Below the pieces are notes generated by a model that saw nothing but the letters and a program-made list of their open reading frames with translations, had not been told where the DNA came from and did no database searches. 64,000 nt of DNA from a virus, in the IMG/VR virus record IMGVR_UViG_3300028388_001983, positions 9,144 to 73,143 of that record; one strand, given 5' to 3'. This document shows, in pieces, positions 20,110 to 31,334 of this stretch. How positions within the stretch are numbered: the first letter of the stretch is position 1; the number at the start of each line of letters is the position of its first letter. A program made the position numbers and the translations under genes.

Positions 20110-22632
20110 TTATTCCCAATAATTTTTTAAAGGTTTTAACTCTATACCCTTTTTAGTTTTTACTGGTCTATAACCAGTTCTTCCACCAAGTACATTTAAA
20201 AAGTCTCTATCAGAAATACTTTTTTGTATATCAGATAAACCACCTTGCAATGCATTAGTCATGCCACTTAGATATTGACCAGTGTTATTATAAGCATCTC
20301 TATTACTCATATAATTAAGATAAGCATTCCTTAAACCAGCTTGATTAGCGGCTTGTGCATTAAACATATTAGCTCTTAATCTATTCTGAGCATTCATGTT
20401 AGCTTCGTTTTGAAAACTTCTTCCTTGTATATCTCCTAATGTTCTATTAATACCTGCAGTACCAGCACCTATTTGAGATATAGCAGCATTTCTAGACAGT
20501 CCTATATTTCTAGCTCTACGTGCTAAGGCTCTAGAAGAAGTTCTAGCTTGATTTCTTGCAGATATTCTTTCAGGAGCATAACTAACTCTTTCAGGAGCTA
20601 TTCTAGATGGAGAATAAGATTCATAAGTAGGTTGATCTCTTAATAATCCAGCAAGATTTCCTAACATTCCTACTCCAACTTGACCAGCTATATAAGGTAA
20701 ATTTTCTTTAAATGAATCATATGGTACACCAGAATCAGTATTAAGTCCCATACCACTAAAGTTTAGATTTGTAGATACATTAGTTGGAATAGTGTCATTA
20801 GTAATGCCTAAACTTTGATCTAACCCTGGTCTGTTAATATCGTTAGAATCAATATTAGGAACTATATTACCTACTACTGGAGTAGATGTTCTAGTTGTAC
20901 TAGGTCTAGTTCCAGCAGTATTTTGTGATATATTCCCTTCAGTAATTACATTCCCAGGTATAGGATTATTAATAGACATATCAGAATAACCTTCATTAGC
21001 TATATCTAATAAATTAGGATTACGTAATGATGGTTTTATCGCATAGTCATCGTAGATTGGATTACTAGTTGCAGCTCCAGTCACTGCATCTACTGGTATA
21101 TCATTAATGTTAACATCTTCTATAGGAGATTTTGACCAAGAAGTACCTCCTTTAGGCTGATCTCCAGACATAAATTGTTTTACTTTATTCCATTTATCAT
21201 TATTAAATGATACATTAGGTGTATTAAAACTTGCCTGATCATACTGTCCTCCATTAGATACAGCATTATATAAAGCATTGGATAAAAATGTACTTCCAAA
21301 GGGAGGTACTTTTCCACCAGTTTTCATCTTCTTTAGTCTACCACCACATTTATAAGTATTAGTAGGTGAACCTATTTCATCAGTATAAAGTCTTTCATAA
21401 TCTTTTTTAGGTAAATAATAAAATTGACCTTCTTTATCTTTTATACCAACATGAAATCCTTTTATCTGTTGAGGTTCAACATCAGGTTGACGAGTTAGAC
21501 TATTTACATAATGACCATAAGAATTCCAAACTTGATCTATATTTTTAGGAGAAACTGGTCTTCCTGCAGTAGCTAAATTAGGGAAATCTATAAAAGTTCC
21601 AGGACCTAAAGCTAACATTGAAGTTTCTATATCTCCATTATTAAGTGGACCACCATCTTCTTTTTGTATACTTATATCAGAATCTTCCATCCTTAAAGCT
21701 TCCTGCTTTTGAATAAGTTTACCCATCTCCATTTCTAAACCTCTATTAGAAATAGGATCAAGTTTATTTAAGTCTTTACCAAGTCTAAGTTTATAATTAT
21801 TCTTAATTTTTTTAGCTTTCTCAGAAAATGTTTTGCCATCCTCAGTTTTTAAAGTGTTTGAAAATACATATGGTTGAGGATTATTTTTATCAAAGTAAGC
21901 AACTTCACCATCTTCAGTAAGTGCAATAGGACTACCACCAGGATTACCCATAGCATCTACAGGTATTCCTCCTTGAGGTCCTTGATGTGATTGACCATCA
22001 TATTCAATAAATCCACCCTTCTTAAGAGAAGCTGGACCACTCATTAAGTTTGCAAAGTTCATTTGAGATGCAGACCTAACTTTATTACGCTGTTCTATAG
22101 CTTGTTGTTCATCATATTGTTCACCAGCTTTTTTACCAGCTAATAATCCAAATGGTAAACCTAACAATCCTAATGAAGAAAATTTTGAAGAAGCATCTAA
22201 TTGTGCCTGTGCTCTATCATTATCTCCAACAATTGCACTTCCAATTGTATGACCTAATTGATTAGCTCCCTCTCCTAACTGCATAGCCATAGAAAGACCA
22301 CCACCACCAAAGTATTGAGGTAAATTTACATTAACTCTGTTGTTAACCTTTTTTGTAGTTTTTCTTTTATTAGATTTAGTAGGTTGTTTACTAATTTTTT
22401 TAGGTGGTAAAAATAGTTTATCTTTAGGTTGTAAATAAGTACGACCTACTTTAGGACGTTTGACTGATGGCACAGAACTCTTTTTTACAAAACTTAAATT
22501 ACTATTAGGACTATAAACATTCCAGTAAGAATCATTCTTACCTTTAATGATACTTCTTTTAGGTTTACTAGTAGTCTTAAAACTCTTAGCACCTAACTTA
22601 CGTCCTCTTTCAAAATTTCCTCTGTTAGCCAT
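20110..22632 (-). CDS. Putative virion cargo protein 1 (crAss001 gp45-like)
   Basis: GQSHQGPQGGIP...TEDGEV...YVFSNTLK motif, repeated xxxGG motifs, Ala/Asn/Gln-rich C-terminal helices; follows the muzzle gene. Confidence 0.65.
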   Translation of the reverse strand: MANRGNFERGRKLGAKSFKTTSKPKRSIIKGKNDSYWNVYSPNSNLSFVKKSSVPSVKRPKVGRTYLQPKDKLFLPPKKISKQPTKSNKRKTTKKVNNRVNVNLPQYFGGGGLSMAMQLGEGANQLGHTIGSAIVGDNDRAQAQLDASSKFSSLGLLGLPFGLLAGKKAGEQYDEQQAIEQRNKVRSASQMNFANLMSGPASLKKGGFIEYDGQSHQGPQGGIPVDAMGNPGGSPIALTEDGEVAYFDKNNPQPYVFSNTLKTEDGKTFSEKAKKIKNNYKLRLGKDLNKLDPISNRGLEMEMGKLIQKQEALRMEDSDISIQKEDGGPLNNGDIETSMLALGPGTFIDFPNLATAGRPVSPKNIDQVWNSYGHYVNSLTRQPDVEPQQIKGFHVGIKDKEGQFYYLPKKDYERLYTDEIGSPTNTYKCGGRLKKMKTGGKVPPFGSTFLSNALYNAVSNGGQYDQASFNTPNVSFNNDKWNKVKQFMSGDQPKGGTSWSKSPIEDVNINDIPVDAVTGAATSNPIYDDYAIKPSLRNPNLLDIANEGYSDMSINNPIPGNVITEGNISQNTAGTRPSTTRTSTPVVGNIVPNIDSNDINRPGLDQSLGITNDTIPTNVSTNLNFSGMGLNTDSGVPYDSFKENLPYIAGQVGVGMLGNLAGLLRDQPTYESYSPSRIAPERVSYAPERISARNQARTSSRALARRARNIGLSRNAAISQIGAGTAGINRTLGDIQGRSFQNEANMNAQNRLRANMFNAQAANQAGLRNAYLNYMSNRDAYNNTGQYLSGMTNALQGGLSDIQKSISDRDFLNVLGGRTGYRPVKTKKGIELKPLKNYWE

Positions 22633-22648
22633 AATTAATAATGTTTTG

Positions 22649-22680
22649 TAAAAATAAATAAAATTCTGATAATAAACAAA
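22649..22680 (-). promoter_or_regulatory. Bacteroidota sigma-A-type promoter for cargo genes
   Basis: TTTG-N20-TATTTTTA on the minus strand (consensus TTTG...TAnnTTTG). Confidence 0.6.
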
Positions 22681-22691
22681 TTATTTTTCTA

Positions 22692-25600
22692 TCAATGTTT
22701 ATTAGGTATGTAATGAGTTATTATATCATTTACTAATAAAGAACGATTATTACCACTATCAAAAATAAACTTAACTACTAGGTATGAATCTCTTAGTCTG
22801 GGTTTATTAGTAGTATTATCTCTTAAAGTATTATGTTTCCAAGTTCTAAACCTCTTTTTAAAATAAGTACTGTCTTCATAAACAGGAGTAGTCTGATAAC
22901 TATTATATGCTTGTAAACTATCAAACGTAATACTAAAATTCTCTACATCAGAATAATTTAAAGCTCTAGTCATCCATTTCAAACTATCAAATCTATGAAT
23001 ACCTTCTTCTTTAGGATTAACTACTATATGTAATTCAGCATCAAAATCAGAACCATATAATGTGAAAGTATCTTGATTGTGTAATTGTGTTACATAATTA
23101 GTTCCACCATCATATATACCATATATATAATCATCATTATGAATATAGTCAGCCCAAGGCATATCATAGAAACTTACAAAACTTTGAGTTAATGTATTAT
23201 ATACTAAAACTTCATTTGTACTAGCTCCAGTTTTTAAGTTAATCAGTATCTCATTAAATTCTCTATCATAACCCGTTCTAACGTCCGATATGGACTTATC
23301 TCTAAAATATGATGCCATACCCTTAACCTTATCTAAAGATGGCTCATTTAAGCTCTGAATAGTATATATGGCATCATTATTATCATCATACCATAGTAAA
23401 GTTTCTGGAGTGTGAATTATACTTTGTTTATAATTAGTACCATTTTTAGTAGATATATAATCCTTTCTAGTTAATATACCACCACTACCTAATGCAAGTA
23501 ATTGACCATCAGTAGCTGTAACCACTTCTCTGTCTTCTACTGATAATACTGCCAAAGCTCTTTCTTGAAAACTTAAAAGTCTACCTTGATAATTTATAAG
23601 ATCAGTTATTTCTCCATAAGCACCATCAACTTCTAACTCATTATTAAATTTAAAAGTTGCCCAAGAGTCATTAAGTTCACCATTAATTTTTCTCTCTGAT
23701 GCTATCACTTTAATATCACTTTGATTAATAGCAGTGTCAGAAAAGTCTAAAGGTTCTGGAATATATGTTTTTATATTTTGAGGTCTGGAATATACTAAGT
23801 TATAATCATATAAAGGTTTTGTTTGAGTATAAAAATCTCCAGTAGTAGCATCCCATTCATGAACTCCTACAGTCTCTTTTATTCCTAATAAGTTTTCATT
23901 ACTCCAATCTCCTTGTAACAACTCATAAAAACGTTCTCCATGATCTAATCCAAGATTAATTTTAGTTTCTACAGGTAGGTATAATACTTCTAGATTTGTA
24001 CAACCATGTTCTGGTGTAGGTATAAAAGTTCTAATATGTTCAAATATGCCAATAATCGTATCACCGTATGCTGTCTCTTGAGATGTGTTACCAGCTACTA
24101 AACTAGAAACATCTTTATACTCTGAACATTCTATATACTGAGTGTTAACCCTATCTGAATATGTATTTCCCCCATAAGGAGTTATATCTCTTCTACGAAG
24201 TACATATAATGCTCCATCAGGAGTTCCAGTATAGTTTGCAGCAAATACATCATTAGTTCCTAAAGTACCATCTGCAGAAGTACCTTTAACTACTAAACAA
24301 GTTCCACGAGCTTGATCTCCTACTGTTGTACCATCTATACTTCTAGCACCATGAGAGTAGTTCCATACAGTACTTGTACCTAATGGAATATTGAATGCTG
24401 TAGAATCATTAATACCTTGATAACTTTGATCACTAAAAATTCTAGAATCATCTATATCAAATTTCTGTTGGTATGGATTACTAGGACTTCCAGCAGGATC
24501 ATCAAAAGTAGTTTCAGTTATATATTTTTTAATTATAATACTATCAGCAGAATAATTTGCTGGAGACGAAGTTGCACCAGGTCTATGCGCTAAAGCTCCA
24601 TCATATTCAAATCTATGTGTAGCATGAAAATATTCACCAATATTTAAAAAATTACTTAAATTATAATTTAATTCTGGAGTAATATATTCTTTATAAGAAT
24701 CTGATAAATTACTTGTATCAACACTTGCTGTACCTGTCATAGATTCATGGCCATTATTATACATACATATATCTGCAGGAAATATATAGCCAGTTAAACT
24801 ATTGTCATGTGGTTTTAATGATCCCATATATCCTGCATCTAATACTGTAGAATTTAAAACATCTCTATCAGCCCTAACTATTTTAAATCCTACTATATCT
24901 GCATCTATTAAATCTTGTGTAATATTAACAGTAAACCTAACATTAAAAGCAGTGGCCTCCATAGTGGTAGTACTATCATAAAAATCTATATCAGAGTAGT
25001 TAGGCATTCTGATATCAGCAATCCATTTAGGAAAAGTTTGCCTACCTTTATCATCAAAAAATACTATAGCAAATCTATAGATTTCATCTCTTTGAAAAGT
25101 TAGATTATCTGAAAAATATGGATTGTATTGAAATCCGTAAGTTCCTGCACCATCGTGTAAATATGTAGAAGGAGTTCCTGAACCACTATCTACAGTAGGA
25201 CTATTACCATAACTTTGAGTATAAGTATTATGTTTACTACTTAAATCCATAGTAAACTGTACAAATTCATATTTAATATTTGGTCCTTCTCCACCTAGAG
25301 TAGATGGAGTACCACTATTATACTGACGTTTAAGATTAGAATCAATTGTAGTTAAAGCATCAAACCCATCGTTATAAGGACAGATACAGTCATGATCTGC
25401 ATCAATACCCCAATTAGTAGGATTAGCATTTATTTCTGTACTACTTATTTCAGTTTCATTACCTTCAGAGTCTTCTATAATAGCTTCGTTAGTAGCAGAA
25501 CTAAATCTATAAGCTCTTGTATCATAAACAGAAGTAGGAAGATCAATGTAATCTTCTGTTATATTTGCAGCAAATAAATAATTATTCTTAGTTTCTAAAT

Positions 25601-26543
25601 GTTGACAAGTGAACAGGTTTTTAAGAGAATTAAATTCTTCTGCAGTATAAGAACCTATACTAGTACCAGTATCTAAAATATCAATAGAATCATCTATTTT
25701 ATATTCACCGACAATTCTAATCTCTGGATTAATATATGGGTCTTTATAATGAACAGCTATTAGTCTAACCCTAGTAAAAAAGTCTGAGTCTGGATTAGTT
25801 AAAGTTACTAATACACTTTTATTAACATTTGTCTCAGCATCTACACCTTTAATATTTAGATAAGAGTCATCTACTTGACCATCAGCTAATAATGTAGGTA
25901 TACTAAGAGCACCAAAAGTAGTTTCAGCACCATTGATGGAATATAATACATATGTATATTGTATAATTCCACCAGTCAAGTTACCACCTTGTATAGGATT
26001 ATTATCTGTATCAATATCTATAGCAGATTGTTCGAAGGTAGGAAATATGTTTAGATAGCTAGGATCAGAACCAGATAGATTAGTATCCAAAAGGTTACAA
26101 AATCTTAAAGGATTAGTACCATCAGTAAAGTATACTTTTTGAATATTTGTAGATTCATATCTTCCTACAGCATCTACTATAGTATCGGCAGGAATCTCTA
26201 AATCCCCTTGATATTTTAATTCACTAGCTCCAAGTGTACCAGTAACACCTGTTGGATCAAAATAATATATATTATCATTAGATACATTTACTCTATCTCC
26301 CCTAGCAAATAAAACTATTTTATCTCTTATATAAGTATGACCAGCATAAGAATAATATTGAGGAAGTGCCCACTTTAAACTTGTACCTTTAATACTTTTT
26401 AAAGCTCCTGAAGTGGAACCATCTTCAGTAAGTATTCTATAATTATCTGCATGAAGATATTTAGTATTTTCAAATTTATTCAAAGAGGTATCCTTATCCA
26501 TACCTCCTATAAAAGTATTGATATGCTTAGGAAAATTGTTCAT
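22692..26543 (-). CDS. Tail muzzle / P22 gp10-like stabilization protein
   Basis: NTFIGGMDKD N-terminus, FQRDEIYRFAIVF..WIADIRMP, DSWATFK...VDGAYGEI, KKRFRTW...RLRD motifs conserved in crAss muzzle proteins; synteny. Confidence 0.85.
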   Translation of the reverse strand: MNNFPKHINTFIGGMDKDTSLNKFENTKYLHADNYRILTEDGSTSGALKSIKGTSLKWALPQYYSYAGHTYIRDKIVLFARGDRVNVSNDNIYYFDPTGVTGTLGASELKYQGDLEIPADTIVDAVGRYESTNIQKVYFTDGTNPLRFCNLLDTNLSGSDPSYLNIFPTFEQSAIDIDTDNNPIQGGNLTGGIIQYTYVLYSINGAETTFGALSIPTLLADGQVDDSYLNIKGVDAETNVNKSVLVTLTNPDSDFFTRVRLIAVHYKDPYINPEIRIVGEYKIDDSIDILDTGTSIGSYTAEEFNSLKNLFTCQHLETKNNYLFAANITEDYIDLPTSVYDTRAYRFSSATNEAIIEDSEGNETEISSTEINANPTNWGIDADHDCICPYNDGFDALTTIDSNLKRQYNSGTPSTLGGEGPNIKYEFVQFTMDLSSKHNTYTQSYGNSPTVDSGSGTPSTYLHDGAGTYGFQYNPYFSDNLTFQRDEIYRFAIVFFDDKGRQTFPKWIADIRMPNYSDIDFYDSTTTMEATAFNVRFTVNITQDLIDADIVGFKIVRADRDVLNSTVLDAGYMGSLKPHDNSLTGYIFPADICMYNNGHESMTGTASVDTSNLSDSYKEYITPELNYNLSNFLNIGEYFHATHRFEYDGALAHRPGATSSPANYSADSIIIKKYITETTFDDPAGSPSNPYQQKFDIDDSRIFSDQSYQGINDSTAFNIPLGTSTVWNYSHGARSIDGTTVGDQARGTCLVVKGTSADGTLGTNDVFAANYTGTPDGALYVLRRRDITPYGGNTYSDRVNTQYIECSEYKDVSSLVAGNTSQETAYGDTIIGIFEHIRTFIPTPEHGCTNLEVLYLPVETKINLGLDHGERFYELLQGDWSNENLLGIKETVGVHEWDATTGDFYTQTKPLYDYNLVYSRPQNIKTYIPEPLDFSDTAINQSDIKVIASERKINGELNDSWATFKFNNELEVDGAYGEITDLINYQGRLLSFQERALAVLSVEDREVVTATDGQLLALGSGGILTRKDYISTKNGTNYKQSIIHTPETLLWYDDNNDAIYTIQSLNEPSLDKVKGMASYFRDKSISDVRTGYDREFNEILINLKTGASTNEVLVYNTLTQSFVSFYDMPWADYIHNDDYIYGIYDGGTNYVTQLHNQDTFTLYGSDFDAELHIVVNPKEEGIHRFDSLKWMTRALNYSDVENFSITFDSLQAYNSYQTTPVYEDSTYFKKRFRTWKHNTLRDNTTNKPRLRDSYLVVKFIFDSGNNRSLLVNDIITHYIPNKH

Positions 26544-26545
26544 AA

Positions 26546-29302
26546 TTAACTACCTGGTATTGGATCAGTATTTTCAAATGTAAACATTCTTATTGCCATT
26601 TCAGGAACATCATCATGTCTAGCCCAAGAATCTTTATAATAACTATAAAAAACTGCCCACTTGTTTACATCTTCTCTTATTAAACAGTGATAATTAGGTG
26701 TTCCAGAGTTTATATTTTCTCCTGTAAAAGTATCTGTTCCATCTATCTCATAAAGAGTTCCGACCTCACTCCAATTTCCTGGAGTTTCAAGTCCTGACAC
26801 AGTTGATTTATAAAGTTTTATAACTGTATCATCTGCTGTAGCTCTGACCCCCATATATATTGTACCACCAATAATATTAACTGAATAGGCTCTATTCATG
26901 CCGGAAATTAAGTCAGTAGATACTTGAGTCCATGAGTCTGCACCTAAAGAACTTCTTGAATAAAGTTCTATAGCTGTTGCACCTGAACCACTGGCTGAGT
27001 CTTGTATTACAATATAATATTTAGAATTAGCATAAAACATAACTCCAAGATTATGGCCTGTAAGATTTGTATCTGTTATAGTTCCTTGTTTTGTCCAACT
27101 TATACCATCAGAACTAGTAGCCCACATTGGTTCAGGACTATGAGTAGCTCCATCATCTTCAGCATCTCCAGTATAATACATTACATATTGAGTACCATCA
27201 TAAAATATTGATCTAAACCAAGCATTAGCCGCATCATTTTCTCCAGAATATTCTCCAGATGCAGTAAGTACAGGTTCTCTACCATCGTTCCACTTTCTCC
27301 ATTTACCATTATAAAATCCTTGATCTTTACGTTTGTAAGCTAAGAATACTTGATCTCTACGAGAGTAATCAGCATTATTTTTAGTAGTAAGGCCAGTAGC
27401 TGTAGTAGCATCATCTTGATCATTTACAGAACCATCTTCTGCAACAACCATTCCTTCTGTCTTATATTTTTGAGTATTACCAGCATAGTACATATAATAG
27501 TAATCATCAACTTCTATAATTTGAGGATTATATATTTGAGAACAGTCTTCAAATTCAGCATGTTGAGTACCTAAATAAATTACAGGAGAACCTGCTGATG
27601 TAGAAAATGTTGTTACAGAAGCTTGAAACTGTTCACCCTCTGCAAAAGTGCCTCCATTATGAGTAATTTCAGCACCAGTTCCTGTGACTCTATACCATTC
27701 TCCAATTTGAAGATCACCTGAAGAATAAGTTACAGCAGTTGGATCAGTATTAGAAGTTACTGGAATTAAAGCTGCTTTCTCTTTACAATAAGATTGAGGA
27801 ATAACATCTTCATAAGTATTATAACTACCATAGATAGGATATTCAAGTTCAGGTAAACTTCTGCTTGCTATATAAGCATCTACCATTTCTTCAAAGAAGT
27901 GGGCTTCAGTAGGAACTTGTACAACATAATTAGTATCTGTAGTATTATTACCATACTGCTCAGCAGTTACGTGGAGTATATCATTACCTATCTGAACACT
28001 TGATCCATTTCCACCATTAACATTTCCACCACTAGGAGCACTTGGATCAAAACCATCAAATAATGTTCTTACAGTATTTCTATTAAATACTGCAACTCCT
28101 TCATCAACAAAATCATCTACACTTACAATACTAATTTTTAACTTAGTTGTATCATAATTACTTCTTCTTACCCAGTATGGAACTGTTAGCCAATCTTGAC
28201 CTTTAGAAGTAATCTTAATAACGTCAGGTAATACTTCATTATAAGTACTTCCAGTTTCTCCAAGGCTAACATCATGACCTTCAAGATATAAAAAACCAGA
28301 ATTATTTTTATTTTCTATAATATCATTTATACTAACAGTTTCAGAACTTCCAGCCCAGTTCTCGCCATAATCTGAAGAGTACAATATAAATGGTACACTA
28401 TCATCTTTATAATTTTTATCACCAGCTCTTCCAATAATAACAAACCTACCAGAACCTAAATCTTCAATTTGAGGCTCTGCTAAATATTGATCAGTGTCAT
28501 CAGTATCTAAAACAGTCTTATAATCAGTATCCCATGTTTCTCCATCATCTGTAGATTTTGCTAAGAAAAATCGTACACCATCTAAAGGATTATATCCATA
28601 GTGAAATGGATATAATAAATTTCCTGAAGCATCTATAACACATTTATTTCCATAAGGTTGAGCAGCTCTATTAGTTTCTGTACCAGGAGTTTCAAAATCT
28701 ACAGGAGTAGACCATGTAGTACCATTATCATCAGAGTACATAGTCTTACTTGTTAACCATGTACTACCACCACTTAATCTAGCAAATATTAAAACTATTC
28801 TTCCTGTAGGAGTATAAAAAGCACCATAATTTCTTACATCATATCCATCTGGGTCTTCATAAATCATAGTAGCAGATGTCCAAGTTTCTCCATTATCTGA
28901 AGATTGTCTCATATATGCTCTACCCTGAAGACCAACATGATTAGTACCAAGCCTAAATATCTCTACAAGCAATCCTGATGTAGGATGTTTTATTAGACGA
29001 GGCATTAATACGTTAGCATAGGCTGTTTCAGATGAAGGGTCCCATTTTGTTATCTGGTTATATACAGTACTTACTACTTCATCATTCGTATGGGTATGAT
29101 CAAAATCAGTAACGTCAGACTGTGTATGTGTATGAGTAGATGGAGTAAAGGTAGATGGTTTATTTAATATATTAGACCAATCTACTTCTAAATTTTCATA
29201 AGTAATATTAACATCATCATCTAGTCCCGATTTACCAAGTGCTACTCTATAACCACTACCATCAGTTACTAATGTTTGTCCAAATAATTCTTTTGCTGGC
29301 AT
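26546..29302 (-). CDS. Tail fibre/spike with sialidase-like BNR beta-propeller plus a second GH-like propeller
   Basis: Phage-tail repeat DWSNILNKPSTFTPSTHTH; Asp-boxes SSDNGETW, SDDNGTTW, STDDGETW, SSDYGENW; C-terminal ATSSDGISW. Confidence 0.75.
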   Translation of the reverse strand: MPAKELFGQTLVTDGSGYRVALGKSGLDDDVNITYENLEVDWSNILNKPSTFTPSTHTHTQSDVTDFDHTHTNDEVVSTVYNQITKWDPSSETAYANVLMPRLIKHPTSGLLVEIFRLGTNHVGLQGRAYMRQSSDNGETWTSATMIYEDPDGYDVRNYGAFYTPTGRIVLIFARLSGGSTWLTSKTMYSDDNGTTWSTPVDFETPGTETNRAAQPYGNKCVIDASGNLLYPFHYGYNPLDGVRFFLAKSTDDGETWDTDYKTVLDTDDTDQYLAEPQIEDLGSGRFVIIGRAGDKNYKDDSVPFILYSSDYGENWAGSSETVSINDIIENKNNSGFLYLEGHDVSLGETGSTYNEVLPDVIKITSKGQDWLTVPYWVRRSNYDTTKLKISIVSVDDFVDEGVAVFNRNTVRTLFDGFDPSAPSGGNVNGGNGSSVQIGNDILHVTAEQYGNNTTDTNYVVQVPTEAHFFEEMVDAYIASRSLPELEYPIYGSYNTYEDVIPQSYCKEKAALIPVTSNTDPTAVTYSSGDLQIGEWYRVTGTGAEITHNGGTFAEGEQFQASVTTFSTSAGSPVIYLGTQHAEFEDCSQIYNPQIIEVDDYYYMYYAGNTQKYKTEGMVVAEDGSVNDQDDATTATGLTTKNNADYSRRDQVFLAYKRKDQGFYNGKWRKWNDGREPVLTASGEYSGENDAANAWFRSIFYDGTQYVMYYTGDAEDDGATHSPEPMWATSSDGISWTKQGTITDTNLTGHNLGVMFYANSKYYIVIQDSASGSGATAIELYSRSSLGADSWTQVSTDLISGMNRAYSVNIIGGTIYMGVRATADDTVIKLYKSTVSGLETPGNWSEVGTLYEIDGTDTFTGENINSGTPNYHCLIREDVNKWAVFYSYYKDSWARHDDVPEMAIRMFTFENTDPIPGS

Positions 29303-29314
29303 TTTATTTAAATT

Positions 29315-30136
29315 TTAATAGTATTCATTATTATTTGCATCTACATAGATATCTCCATTAGCATCTACGAAATAATCAAAGTCAGTATCACTACTAGTAG
29401 TAGTAGTAGTACTTGTAGATGTATTTGCATATTTTTCTCTACTCCCAAGATTTCTAAAATTATTATCGTGCATATTACCATGTTGTAATAATGACATCGC
29501 ACGATTCTTCATACGCTCTAACTGATCTAATGTAGGCATTTTTAATCTTGTGTGAGCAGAAGCTCCTGCAAATAAAGCCTGTTGTTGAATTTCTTGATAT
29601 TTATCTTTAGATAATATATCTTTTAAGTAGAGTTTAAAAGCTAATCTTTCCGCACAATAGTGTGTTACAGACCTAATAACTTTAGCATCATCTGGAACTT
29701 TAGGTTCTCCATTATCATCTACAGGAAATGCTTTATAAGCCATTAAAAGAGTTGTATCTTCTATTCCGCAGTATATATAATCTTCTTTAATTTCATAAAC
29801 ATATTTTTCAGTATCTACATCATCAGAATTTCTAAAGTCAGTATCTGTAACAAACCTACTAAATAAGTCTGGATTATCAGTAAAAGGTATAGAAGTATCT
29901 TCTTCTATGATTGCACCTTCTTGAATACTATAAAAATCTGGTGGAAGTATTCCTCTAAAGTCTTCAATATCTATAGTTGCATACTTTTCTTCAAAAGTTG
30001 CTGGTTCAAAAGCATATCCTATAGTATCACCTATATACTCTCTAATATCAGCCCTATCAATTTCATCGAATCCAAACTCTTTGCGAATATTTTCGATGAT
30101 ATAATCTACATTAACATATTGTCTATTTACACTCAT
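29315..30136 (-). CDS. Tail ring / tubular protein (crAss001 gp43-, P22 gp4-like)
   Basis: IEDFRGILPPDF, AYKAFPVDDNGEPKVPD motifs; synteny upstream of fibre and muzzle. Confidence 0.75.
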   Translation of the reverse strand: MSVNRQYVNVDYIIENIRKEFGFDEIDRADIREYIGDTIGYAFEPATFEEKYATIDIEDFRGILPPDFYSIQEGAIIEEDTSIPFTDNPDLFSRFVTDTDFRNSDDVDTEKYVYEIKEDYIYCGIEDTTLLMAYKAFPVDDNGEPKVPDDAKVIRSVTHYCAERLAFKLYLKDILSKDKYQEIQQQALFAGASAHTRLKMPTLDQLERMKNRAMSLLQHGNMHDNNFRNLGSREKYANTSTSTTTTTSSDTDFDYFVDANGDIYVDANNNEYY

Positions 30137-30660
30137 TATTCGTAATAAGTTATAGGTTTAATCTTATTAATCTCTGCTAACTTTCTATCCCAATATCTAA
30201 CAATATCTAATTTATAATAACTCTGATATTTGACATTACAAGTTGTTTTATCCCAAAACCAAAGTAATCTTCGTTTATTAGTGTGTTCATTTAAATGATA
30301 GATAAGTTTTTTATTTTTAATATTTTTATATTCTGATGGATCAACATCTGGATATTGTTTCTTCCACAGTGCTAAAGTTTTTTTCCAATCAGGCATCAGA
30401 TGACTCTTATCTACTTCACCATCCTCATTAAGTTTTATTTTATAAGGTTTGCTTTTTACAACTATTCCTCCTAATCTACCAGGAATAATTAATTCTACAG
30501 CCTCCTCTATTAATAAAAACATTGCCTCATCAAAGAACTCTGTTATAATTTTAGAATATGTAAATCTGTCTACAGGTTTATTTGCATATACTTTATAGAA
30601 ATCAAATAAATCCTGTGTTTTATAATCTGCATTGTTTTTGCCAACACCTCGTTTAAACAT
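30136..30660 (-). CDS. crAss-type IHF/HU-like DNA-binding protein
   Basis: IPGRLGGIVV, PDWKKT, IYHLNEHT and WFWDK motifs; conserved position before the ring gene. Confidence 0.7.
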   Translation of the reverse strand: MFKRGVGKNNADYKTQDLFDFYKVYANKPVDRFTYSKIITEFFDEAMFLLIEEAVELIIPGRLGGIVVKSKPYKIKLNEDGEVDKSHLMPDWKKTLALWKKQYPDVDPSEYKNIKNKKLIYHLNEHTNKRRLLWFWDKTTCNVKYQSYYKLDIVRYWDRKLAEINKIKPITYYE

Positions 30661-30662
30661 AA

Positions 30663-31334
30663 TTATACAGTTTTATCATCAACACTATTTGCGATCTTAT
30701 CTTCAGCTTGTTCTAAAATTGCTCTAAAATTACTTTTAATTAATATCTCTTTCATCAAGTCTCTCATTGATAAATCTATTGGGTAATCAGTACTAGAGTC
30801 AAAAGTAGTATCTGATAAATACTCTGCTACTTCTTTTGGGTTTTGAAATACTCCTTCTACATAAACAGTAGTACCAGTTAAATCACTTTCTGTAATATTA
30901 ATTCCATACAGATAACCACCATGTATAAAAAAATATGGTTCAGTAGAATTAAATTTTAAATTTCCACTTTCTAAAGCACCTTTTTTAGTAGCAACATTAT
31001 ATGTTTTTGTACTAAATTCAGTATCACTAATTCTAGTAAAAGTAGCTCCATAACCTCTTCTATTGATAGTTAAAGGAATTGTAGTAGAGCTTTTTACACC
31101 ACTTTTATTTCCTAGAGTAGCATTAGCTACTGTAACATTTCCAAGACTTTGTATAAATGATTCATCAATACCAAAAGGATTTTTATCAAATCTATTCTTC
31201 AATAAAGTAGCTCTAATACTATGAATCCAGTTTTTAACTTGTCTTACAGATAAACTGTCAGTGTCTTTATAGTTAGCTCTATAAAGTTCTATAAAGTCAT
31301 AAGCTAATTTATTTAATGTTATTCTATCTGCCAT
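30663..31334 (-). CDS. Tail ring protein
   Basis: LSVRQVKNWIHSIRATLL, VEGVFQNP and DYPID motifs typical of crAss ring proteins. Confidence 0.7.
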   Translation of the reverse strand: MADRITLNKLAYDFIELYRANYKDTDSLSVRQVKNWIHSIRATLLKNRFDKNPFGIDESFIQSLGNVTVANATLGNKSGVKSSTTIPLTINRRGYGATFTRISDTEFSTKTYNVATKKGALESGNLKFNSTEPYFFIHGGYLYGINITESDLTGTTVYVEGVFQNPKEVAEYLSDTTFDSSTDYPIDLSMRDLMKEILIKSNFRAILEQAEDKIANSVDDKTV

